Translations under genes and position numbers: made by a program
Part shown: positions 1 through 6,961 of the stretch, piece by piece
Layout of the letters: each line of letters starts with the position of its first letter
Position numbering within the stretch: position 1 is the first letter of the stretch
The notes under the pieces: generated by a model
The model's database searches: none
What the model was told of the DNA's origin: nothing
What the model saw: only the letters and a program-made list of their open reading frames with translations
Source: Cyanobacteria bacterium J06626_4
Lineage (GTDB): Bacteria; Cyanobacteriota; Cyanobacteriia; Phormidesmidales; Phormidesmidaceae
DNA length: 12,167 bases
NCBI GenBank assembly: GCA_038523235.1
Contig: JBCBJQ010000145.1
Span: forward strand, 1 to 12,167
Direction: 5' to 3'

Positions 1-2
1 AT

Positions 3-2219
3 GATGTTACTGACTTCACTTTTATTCAGCCTTTTTTGCCGCCAGCAGATCCACAATTTAAAGTGTTACTAACGACAAGATTGCAGTTAGGGGCATCAGT
101 TAATCAGGTATTTTTGGATGTATTACCAAGCAGCGCAGCTTTGGAGTTTCTAAGCTCTATCGTTGGTGATGAGCGAATTAACTGTCAATTGGAGGATGCG
201 CAAGCATTGTGTGCATGGCTGGGTTATTTACCGCTAGCTTTGGAATTGGCGGCACGATATTTAGCAAGCAGACCAGATCTCTCATTGGCAAGTTTATTAA
301 ATCGGTTACAAAGACAAAAATTGGAAGCAAAAGCCTTAGCACGACCTGAAGTTGGAATGACTGCTAATTTGAACATAGGAGCAGCATTTGAGTTGAGTTG
401 GGACGAGTTAAGTGAGTCGGCACAGCAGTTGGCAGGATGGCTCAGTTTGTTTGGCTTAGCACCAATTTCCTGGGAATTAGTAGAAGCGTGTATATCAGAA
501 TTAGGTGCAGAATCAGATGCAGAAACATTAGAGGATTTGAGGGATGAATTAATTAGTCTGAATTTGCTGCGACGAACGGATGAGCAAACCTATCAGATAC
601 ACCCTCTGATTCGCGAGTTCTTTGTAGCCAAGCTGAAACAGATGCCCAAGGAAGTGTCGATGAAGCAGGCTTTTTGTCGAGAAATGGTAGTAGTAGCAAA
701 ACAAATTCCTTCAATTCCTACTCGCCAATTAATTCAGGCAATCGCTCCTGTCATTCCTCACATTGCCGAGGCGGCTACAACTCTGGAAGCTTGGCTGACA
801 GACAATGATTTGATTATTCCTTACATTGGGATTTCTCGGTTTTATCAAGGGCAAGCAGCTTACGAGCAGGCATTGCCTTGGCTGCAACAATGTCTTCACA
901 TAGCAGAAACTCGCTTAGGTGCTGATCATCCTGATATTGCAACTAGCTTAAATAATCTTGCCTATCTTTATCAATTACAGGGGCGCTACAGCAATGCGGA
1001 ACCTCTATATGTAAGAGCGCTCCAAATCCGAGAAGATCAATTGGGCGCGAACCATCCTAATACTGCACAAAGTCTGAATAACTTGGCAGAGTTGTATCGT
1101 GCGATGGGACGCTACGGCGAAGCAGAACCTTTGTTAGTGCGGTCAATTCACATCACAGAACAGCAATTAGGTGCAGACCATCCCGATACTGCGTTAAGTC
1201 TCAATAATTTAGCAGCATTATACGAGTCGCAAGGACGTTACAGCGAAGCAGAACCTTTATATATGAGATCGCTCCAAATCCGGCAAGCCCAGTTAGATGC
1301 AGACCATCCTGGCATAGCAGCTAGCTTAAATAATTTAGCAGAACTCTATAAATTGCAAGGGCGTTATGCTGAAGCCGAACCTTTGTATGTGAGATCGCTT
1401 TCTAGCAGTGAGCAGCAGTTGGGCAGCGATCATCCTCTAACTGCTACTATCCTCAATAATTTGGCAGCACTTTATTATGAACAGGGAAACTATAGCAGAG
1501 CAGAACCTTTGTATCTGCAATCACTAGCAGTTCGAGAGCAGCAGTTAGGTGCAGATCATCCTGATGTAGCAAATAGTTTGAATAATCTTGCTTATCTTTA
1601 TCGGGTTCAAGGGCGTTATGCCGAAGCGGAGCCATTATTGTTACGAGCACTTCAGATTTATGAAGCCCAGTTGGGGAGCAACCACCCTAGTACAGCTGTT
1701 AGCCTGAATAACTTGGCAGAGTTGTATCTTGCGATAGGACGCTATAGCGAAGCGGAGCCATTATTGTTACGAGCACTTCAGATTTATGAAACCCAGTTGG
1801 GGAGCAACCACCCTAGTACAGCTGTTAGCTTGAATGACTTGGCAGAGTTGTATCTTGCGATGGGACGCTATGGCGAAGCGGAATCGCTGTTACTAAGGTC
1901 TCTAATGATTAGGGAAAAGCAACTAGGCACAGATCATCCAGCTACAGCAATGAGCCTAAGTAATTTAGCAGTTTTCTATTTTCACCAAAATCAACTGTCG
2001 GAAGCAGAAGCTTTGCTCACAAGAGCATTGGCAATTCTTGAGCGAGTTTTGGGGAGAAATCATCCAGATACCTTGAATACTCAGAAACTTCTAACACGGT
2101 TGCGCCAAATAATGGGTACAAACTCAGAACCTGATAACACAGATGAATTAGCAGCGCCTAAAACCGACTTACCAAAAGCGCCGCAGTATAACAATGCGCT
2201 GGAGCGGACGGATAGATAA
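3..2219 (+). CDS. NB-ARC (STAND NTPase) + TPR-repeat protein, 5' end outside window
   Basis: Frame is open from the left edge (D-V-T-D-F..., probably the end of Walker B 'DDV'). Motifs: VLLTTR (RNBS-B-like), GYLPLALEL (GLPL), IHPLIR (MHD-like), then ~10 42-aa TPRs (HPxxAxSLNNLAxLY..QGRYxEAEPL). TTG at 36 is not the real start. Confidence 0.92.
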   Translation, partial: DVTDFTFIQPFLPPADPQFKVLLTTRLQLGASVNQVFLDVLPSSAALEFLSSIVGDERINCQLEDAQALCAWLGYLPLALELAARYLASRPDLSLASLLNRLQRQKLEAKALARPEVGMTANLNIGAAFELSWDELSESAQQLAGWLSLFGLAPISWELVEACISELGAESDAETLEDLRDELISLNLLRRTDEQTYQIHPLIREFFVAKLKQMPKEVSMKQAFCREMVVVAKQIPSIPTRQLIQAIAPVIPHIAEAATTLEAWLTDNDLIIPYIGISRFYQGQAAYEQALPWLQQCLHIAETRLGADHPDIATSLNNLAYLYQLQGRYSNAEPLYVRALQIREDQLGANHPNTAQSLNNLAELYRAMGRYGEAEPLLVRSIHITEQQLGADHPDTALSLNNLAALYESQGRYSEAEPLYMRSLQIRQAQLDADHPGIAASLNNLAELYKLQGRYAEAEPLYVRSLSSSEQQLGSDHPLTATILNNLAALYYEQGNYSRAEPLYLQSLAVREQQLGADHPDVANSLNNLAYLYRVQGRYAEAEPLLLRALQIYEAQLGSNHPSTAVSLNNLAELYLAIGRYSEAEPLLLRALQIYETQLGSNHPSTAVSLNDLAELYLAMGRYGEAESLLLRSLMIREKQLGTDHPATAMSLSNLAVFYFHQNQLSEAEALLTRALAILERVLGRNHPDTLNTQKLLTRLRQIMGTNSEPDNTDELAAPKTDLPKAPQYNNALERTDR
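1623..1874 (+). repeat. Near-identical tandem duplication of one 126-bp TPR unit
   Basis: 1623-1748 and 1749-1874 differ at 5 of 126 positions by manual comparison; other TPR units are far more diverged at DNA level. Confidence 0.93.
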
Positions 2220-2272
2220 ATCTTGGTTGTGATGCTGAAAATACCTGCTGCCGCTCAGCTAAGCCGTTAGCT
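2186..2272 (+). other. Integron attC-like site, structurally intact (87 bp)
   Basis: R'' GTATAAC (2186-2192), 5-nt spacer AATGC, L'' GCTGGAGC (2198-2205), central region, L' GCTCAGC (2253-2259), 6-nt spacer TAAGCC, R' GTTAGCT (2266-2272). L''/L' pair with one extra base, and a second unpaired A follows GG at 2208. This is the canonical attC box geometry. Confidence 0.8.
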
Positions 2273-2430
2273 CAAAGTGCTGGCTCAGTGATGCGCGCGA
2301 TCGCAGTTCTTTTATGCAGTTAGTAGCAATCAAAACAATGCCCAGGAGGCTGTCTCGTCAGGATAGGATCACTGATTTGACAACCTTGTGTGATGGAGAC
2401 TGCCACCTTACTGCGAATTAACCGCGATCG
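2266..2430 (+). repeat. Copy 1 of the upstream region + first ~13 codons of the M20 amidohydrolase gene (orphan 5' fragment METATLLRINRDR)
   Basis: Ungapped alignment to 4431-4595 gives 130/165 identities by hand; similarity stops at GCGATCG (2424-2430). Confidence 0.93.
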
Positions 2431-2624
2431 TTCTAGTAGTTATTGGGTACTCCTGCCCTATGCGATCGCGGGTTACGAGTTTGCGATCGCTCTGAATCTT
2501 GGCTTCACCAGCAATGCTTACCTTCCAATACCTGTAACGCTTAGGCACGCCAAGACACCTGACTCAAAACCTAATTGACTGACGCTACTAAAATACAAGC
2601 AAGTCCTCTTCAACCTTTGTCACT

Positions 2625-2870
2625 ATGCTCAGCACTACCGTCACTGACACCGGACAAATCACCCTGCCAGAAAAAATTCGACAGCATCTCAAACTAATCA
2701 GCGGCAGCCGAGTCGAGTTCGTGATTGACGAAGAGGGTCAGGTCAAAATTTTTCCTCTCAATATCGCTGTAGAAGACCTATCAGGTATCCTGCATCGGCC
2801 CGGTAAAAACCCAGTCAGTCTTGCCGATATGGATGCTGCTATCTCTGAGGGAGCGAATGATTGGGCTTGA
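2625..2870 (+). CDS. AbrB/MazE/SpoVT-family antitoxin
   Basis: TTVTDTGQITLPEKIRQHLKL..GSRVEF swapped-hairpin signature; 81 aa; overlaps the downstream PIN gene. Confidence 0.9.
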   Translation: MLSTTVTDTGQITLPEKIRQHLKLISGSRVEFVIDEEGQVKIFPLNIAVEDLSGILHRPGKNPVSLADMDAAISEGANDWA

Positions 2871-3246
2871 TACCAACATCCTGGTGCGCTATCTCACCCG
2901 CGGCGATGAGTCACAATGGCGACAGGCTGCTGATCTGATCCAGCACAATCAACCTTGTTTTATTGCCCATATTGTTCTCTGCGAACTGGTTTGGGTACTC
3001 AGAGAAACCAGCTATCGTTTCCAAAAGCAAGAAATTGTCAGCGTTTTGGAGGCCATGCTTCACAGCGCTGCGTTCGAATTCGAAAATCGTTCAATTCTGG
3101 ATCAAGCCTTGCAGCAATATAAACAGGGCAAAGCAGACTTCTCTGACTACCTGATTGGTGCGATATCTCGCCAGATGGATTGCACAGAAACCGCGACCTT
3201 TGATGGCAAGTTGAAAGGTGAGAAAGGATTTCGCTGTCTGGCTTAG
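2857..3246 (+). CDS. vapC: VapC-family PIN-domain toxin
   Basis: MIGLDTNILVRYL, VLCELVWVL, ADFSDYLI and TATFD PIN motifs. ATG at 2857 follows GAGGGAG and overlaps the antitoxin by 14 bp (preferred over TTG 2821). Confidence 0.9.
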   Translation: MIGLDTNILVRYLTRGDESQWRQAADLIQHNQPCFIAHIVLCELVWVLRETSYRFQKQEIVSVLEAMLHSAAFEFENRSILDQALQQYKQGKADFSDYLIGAISRQMDCTETATFDGKLKGEKGFRCLA

Positions 3247-3253
3247 CGTCACT

Positions 3254-3276
3254 AGCTAACAAAGCGGTGCACCGAC
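3254..3276 (+). other. Left half of an attC-like site (right arm missing)
   Basis: 7 bp after the vapC stop: R'' AGCTAAC, 5-nt spacer AAAGC, L'' GGTGCACC, then GAC. No complementary L'/R' at the normal distance; repeat copy 2 follows instead. Confidence 0.55.
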
Positions 3277-3291
3277 GTACTGGCCAAGATT

Positions 3292-3429
3292 GCCCGATTC
3301 CATCCCTCTGACGCAGTTGGTAACTAGCAAAACATTGCCCAATCGCCTTTCTGGTCAGGATAGAGCCATCGATTCAATGGCCTTGCCCGATGAGAACTGC
3401 CACCTTATTGCGAATTAACCGCGATCGCC
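3292..3429 (+). repeat. Copy 2 of the upstream region + first ~13 codons of the M20 amidohydrolase gene (orphan 5' fragment MRTATLLRINRDR)
   Basis: 3293-3427 vs 4461-4595 gives 118/135 ungapped identities by hand; similarity ends at HIP1 GCGATCGCC (3421-3429). Confidence 0.93.
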
Positions 3430-3488
3430 GAAAGCTTATTTGTTGGTAGTTGATGCTTGTCTGCGGCGGGTGATTGGGAGCGTTGTGC
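3426..3488 (+). other. Right part of an attC-like site (left boxes missing)
   Basis: CGCCG (3426-3430) pairs with CGGCG (3464-3468), then L' GGTGATT, 6-nt spacer GGGAGC, R' GTTGTGC (3482-3488). Aligns along its length with the 4376-4433 part of the next attC-like site. Confidence 0.6.
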
Positions 3489-3541
3489 TTGCTAGCGTTG
3501 CGGCAAGATAATATAGAGCTAGCTATTGCAAGGTTATTGCC

Positions 3542-3916
3542 ATGACTTCGCATTCCAAGGGGCAAGCGGCTATTATTCGTACAGCGAGAGGGCTGACGAT
3601 AACTGGCACACGCATCACCCTTTACGATGTGATGGACTACGTGACGGCTCAATATCCTCCCAAGTTTATTCAGGGTTTATTTGACCTCACGCAAGCGCAA
3701 ATCGATGTGGCGCTGTCTTACATCGAGACGCATCGTGCAGAAGTGGAAGCTGAGTATCAGCAAGTTCTTCAAGAGACTGAAGAACTTCGACAACACTACA
3801 AAGAGCAAAATCGTGAGCGGGCTGCTCGCAGTGCCGCAAAGCCACCAAAGCCTGGAACTGAGGCTGCTTGGGAGAAGCTGCGAGCAGCCCAGGCAAAGCG
3901 TGAGTCCAGAGTGTGA
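3542..3916 (+). CDS. DUF433-domain protein (putative antitoxin, VapB45-like)
   Basis: ITGTRITLYDVMDY...LTQAQIDVALSY matches the DUF433 HTH pattern; 4-bp GTGA overlap with the next gene. Confidence 0.88.
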   Translation: MTSHSKGQAAIIRTARGLTITGTRITLYDVMDYVTAQYPPKFIQGLFDLTQAQIDVALSYIETHRAEVEAEYQQVLQETEELRQHYKEQNRERAARSAAKPPKPGTEAAWEKLRAAQAKRESRV

Positions 3917-4308
3917 TTTTTTTGATCGACCACAATCTCAAAGGTCATGCTTTGGTTTTGTTTGGCGCGATCGCATCGCAAGGCTGGTTGGATATTGCCC
4001 CGGTTCAGTTTGTCACATTTGACCAAGTGAATTTATCAATCAATAGCGATGACCGGGTCGTTTGGCGACTTGTTCAAGCGAATCAGATGATTTTGCTGAC
4101 TGCCAACCGCAGTATGAAAGGGAAAGATTCCCTGGAACAGGTCATGCGTGAAGAGAACACTTCAGAGTCATTGCCTGTGATTACGGTGAGCAACGCGGAT
4201 CGGTTGCTGAATGATTCTGAATATCGAGAGCGATGTATTGAAAGCCTGATTGAAATCGTTCTTGATATTGATACCTATCTGGGTGCGAGACGAATCTTCA
4301 TTCCGTAA
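3913..4308 (+). CDS. DUF5615 / VapC45-like PIN protein (putative toxin)
   Basis: MIFLIDHNL...SDDRVVWRLVQANQMILLTANR resembles the Mut7-C/DUF5615 PIN-like pattern; translationally coupled to DUF433, its usual partner. Confidence 0.8.
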   Translation: MIFLIDHNLKGHALVLFGAIASQGWLDIAPVQFVTFDQVNLSINSDDRVVWRLVQANQMILLTANRSMKGKDSLEQVMREENTSESLPVITVSNADRLLNDSEYRERCIESLIEIVLDIDTYLGARRIFIP

Positions 4309-4350
4309 TCTTGAAGATTAATACTCTCATTCACATTGATCGGAAACATC

Positions 4351-4437
4351 GCATCACAATCCCGATGCACCCCACCGTTGAGAGATTATTGGTTAGAGTT
4401 CAAGGCTATTTACAGCGGATAATTGGGGCCATTAGCT
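4351..4437 (+). other. Degenerate attC-like site (87 bp)
   Basis: GCATCAC (for GCATAAC), AATCCC, GATGCACC, CCGTTG/CAGCGG stem, GATAATT (for GGTGATT), GGGGCC, ATTAGCT (for GTTAGCT). Same length as 2186-2272 and similar to 3426-3488; both core triplets are mutated. Confidence 0.6.
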
Positions 4438-4597
4438 CAAAGTGCTGATTCAACGATGCGCCTGATTTCATCCCTCTGACGCGGTTGGTAACTAGCAAAA
4501 CATTGCCCAATCAACTTTCTGGTCAGGATAGAACCACTGATTTGATAGTCTTGTGTGATGGGAACTGCCACCTTACTGCGAATTAACCGCGATCGCC
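4431..4597 (+). repeat. Copy 3 (functional copy) of the repeat: upstream region and start of the intact amidohydrolase gene
   Basis: Reference copy for the alignments with 2266-2430 and 3292-3429; continues into the full ORF. Confidence 0.93.
4488..4529 (+). promoter_or_regulatory. Possible class II NtcA-activated promoter (imperfect)
   Basis: GTA-N8-AAC (4488-4501), 22 nt, CAGGAT (4524-4529), versus consensus GTA-N8-TAC-N22-TAN3T. One mismatch in each element. The same bases and spacing are kept in copies 1 (2323-2364) and 2 (3320-3361). Confidence 0.45.
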
Positions 4598-5796
4598 TCC
4601 AGCAGCGATTGGATGCTCTCGCCACCATTGGCCAACTCCCCGACGGCGGCGTCCGACGCACCGCCTATAGCGTTGAAGACTTGGCGGCCCGACAGTGGGT
4701 AAGGGAGTCTATGCAGACAGCCGGGATGACCGTGAGCCTTGATGCCGCTGGCAACATCATCGGTCGTTATGCCGGCACCCAAGCGTTACCTGCCCTGGCA
4801 ACCGGCTCCCACATCGATACCGTACCCGCTGGGGGACGCTACGACGGCGCGTTGGGCGTGCTCGCAGGCATTGAAGTGGTGGCCACCCTCAACGAATCCG
4901 GACAGCGGCTCCGCCATCCGCTTGAGGTGATTGTGTTCACCGATGAGGAGGGCGAAATGATCGGCAGCAAAGCCATGGCCGGTACCGCTAAGCTCACAGA
5001 CCCAGAGCACTTTCGCCGCTTCGATGGTGAGGCCATTCAGCCCTGCTTGCAACGCATTGGCGGAAATTGGAATGCTCTGGCGACCGCCCGACGTACGGAC
5101 CAAGACATCGCCGCGTATTTAGAACTCCATGTCGAACAAGGGGGCGTGCTGGAATCGGAACAGTGTCAAATCGGCGTCGTGCAAGGCATTGTCAGTCTGC
5201 AGCGCTTTCAAGTCGCCATCACCGGACGCCCCAACCACGCGGGCACCACCCCCATGCCCTTGCGCAAAGATGCCCTCTACGCCGCCTCGCTTCTGGTGGC
5301 TGCCGTTCACGATGTGGCAGTAGATATTCCCGGTGATCAGGTAGCGACGGTCGGTTTGTTGAATGTCGTACCCAATGCCCCCAACATCGTGCCCGGTCGA
5401 GTGGAACTCACCATCGACATGCGGGATTTATCCCTAGAAACCCTGGATCAAATGATGGATGTGTTGAAACAGCGCATTCAAGCGATCGCCGCCAGCACTG
5501 GCACCCAAATCGAGCTACAGCCCCAGCACTTTGTCGAGCCCACCCTCGCGAGTCCAGTCGTACAAGCCGCGATCGCGACTGTGTGCGAAGACCTCCAACT
5601 CACCCACTACTCCATGCCCAGCCGGGCAATTCACGATGCCCAAGAAATTGGTCGCTTCACGTCCATGGGCATGATCTTTGTGCCCAGCCAAGCGGGCGTG
5701 AGCCATGCCGAAGATGAATACACGTCGCCGGAGCAATGTGCTCAGGGGGCCGATGTACTGCTACACACCCTGTTGCGACTTGATGACCAGCTCTAA
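4558..5796 (+). CDS. M20-family Zn-dependent amidohydrolase (N-carbamoyl-L-amino-acid / allantoate amidohydrolase type)
   Basis: GSHIDT, GRYDG, DEEG, ELHVEQG, NHAGTTPM, HDA and SH..EYT motifs. ATG 4558 is preferred because it is conserved in all three repeat copies, whereas GTG 4555 is not. Confidence 0.93.
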   Translation: MGTATLLRINRDRLQQRLDALATIGQLPDGGVRRTAYSVEDLAARQWVRESMQTAGMTVSLDAAGNIIGRYAGTQALPALATGSHIDTVPAGGRYDGALGVLAGIEVVATLNESGQRLRHPLEVIVFTDEEGEMIGSKAMAGTAKLTDPEHFRRFDGEAIQPCLQRIGGNWNALATARRTDQDIAAYLELHVEQGGVLESEQCQIGVVQGIVSLQRFQVAITGRPNHAGTTPMPLRKDALYAASLLVAAVHDVAVDIPGDQVATVGLLNVVPNAPNIVPGRVELTIDMRDLSLETLDQMMDVLKQRIQAIAASTGTQIELQPQHFVEPTLASPVVQAAIATVCEDLQLTHYSMPSRAIHDAQEIGRFTSMGMIFVPSQAGVSHAEDEYTSPEQCAQGADVLLHTLLRLDDQL

Positions 5797-5830
5797 GAGT
5801 AGAGCATCTTAAAAATGGTCCTGCTTTGTC

Positions 5831-5941
5831 GCCCTCACCCCCTCGGTCCCCCTCTCCCAAAAATGGGCGAGGGGGATGTCGGTTAAGGGTTCCTGGCTCC
5901 CCTTCTCCCAACCTTGGGAGAAGGGGCTGGGGGATGAGGGC
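5831..5941. repeat. GC-rich REP-like nested inverted repeat between convergent genes (may also act as a bidirectional terminator)
   Basis: Outer arms GCCCTCACCCCC (5831-5842) / GGGGGATGAGGGC (5929-5941) enclose two 13-bp hairpins: 5847-5876 (one mismatch) and 5899-5926 (perfect). Confidence 0.8.
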
Positions 5942-5975
5942 CAATGACGGAGGATAACCTTTAAGTTGGAACGCT

Positions 5976-6926
5976 CTAAAGCCACTGTTCCATTTGGGCG
6001 ATCGTCAAATTACTCCCACACAGGGGCGTAGCCACCAGTTGTCCGGCAAAGCGTTCCCCATAAACCATCGCCGCCGCCAAACCTACCGCTCCCGCCGGTT
6101 CCACCACCACCCCGGCCATCTGATGAATCTGCTGCATCGCCTTCAGAGTCGCCGCATCGGTTACCTGTAAGATTTCATCGACGGTCGTTTGCATCAGTTC
6201 TAAAGCTTGGGGAACTGGAACTCGCACCCCGATACCATCCGCGATCGTGTTGACTGTTTCAGTAGTGATGAGGCTTCCCCGTTGCCAAGACCAATCCATT
6301 GCCGGTGCCCCCTCGGCCACCACACCGATCACCCGAGTTTGGGGTGAGTGCATCTTAAACCAGGTACCAATGCCATTGATTAACGCCCCATTCCCCACCG
6401 GAATGAGTAACGTCTCAATCGGCTCCGGATACTGATTCAGTTCGAGTCCGATCGTCCCGGCCCCCGCCGTCACCTCGGGCTCTCGACCATCTTCCACATA
6501 GGGCAACCCATGGTCCGCCGCATAAGCCTTACCCGCATCTTTGGCCGCATCAAAATCGGCACCGGCGAGTTGCACCTCAGCCCCCAACTGCCTCATGCGT
6601 TCTAATTTGAGTGGGTTGGCAGTCTCAGCCGCAAATACCGTGAGGAGAGTGTTTCGCTGGCGGCACGCATAGGCCATACCCTGACCAAAATTTCCTGCCG
6701 AGGCGCAGACAAAAGCTTGAGCCTGCCCTTGTTGTTTGACATAGTAGTTCGTCCCCCGTCCCTTAAAAGAGCGAATCGGGTTGAGGGTTTCCACCTTGAG
6801 AATCAGGCGGGTATTGAGCACCGCATTGAGAGCGTCTAGTTCAAACTGTGGGGTATTGAGAAAAACCGCATCAATGGTTTGGTGGGCCTGGGCGATCGCC
6901 TCACAGTCAGGGGCAAAGGCATTCAT
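5976..6926 (-). CDS. PLP-dependent threonine/serine dehydratase-family protein (fold type II, no regulatory domain)
   Basis: LKVETLNPIRSFKGRG (PLP lysine), ASAGNFGQG, PVGNGALING glycine loop, TIADGI, VEPAGA, CGSN; 316 aa. Confidence 0.9.
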   Translation of the reverse strand: MNAFAPDCEAIAQAHQTIDAVFLNTPQFELDALNAVLNTRLILKVETLNPIRSFKGRGTNYYVKQQGQAQAFVCASAGNFGQGMAYACRQRNTLLTVFAAETANPLKLERMRQLGAEVQLAGADFDAAKDAGKAYAADHGLPYVEDGREPEVTAGAGTIGLELNQYPEPIETLLIPVGNGALINGIGTWFKMHSPQTRVIGVVAEGAPAMDWSWQRGSLITTETVNTIADGIGVRVPVPQALELMQTTVDEILQVTDAATLKAMQQIHQMAGVVVEPAGAVGLAAAMVYGERFAGQLVATPLCGSNLTIAQMEQWL

Positions 6927-6961
6927 AGTGTTGTAAGTGTCTCCTTTCTCTTCACTATCAC

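Noticed and set aside
2390..2578. 62-aa ORF MMETATLLRINRDR...
   Set aside because: Only the first ~13 codons are the duplicated amidohydrolase start; the rest is read-through into junction DNA with no recognisable features.
2266..4597. CRISPR array or DGR template/variable repeat explanation for the three repeats
   Set aside because: Units are 135-165 bp, separated by ~1 kb of genes. Mismatches are not adenine-specific, and no cas or reverse transcriptase gene is present.
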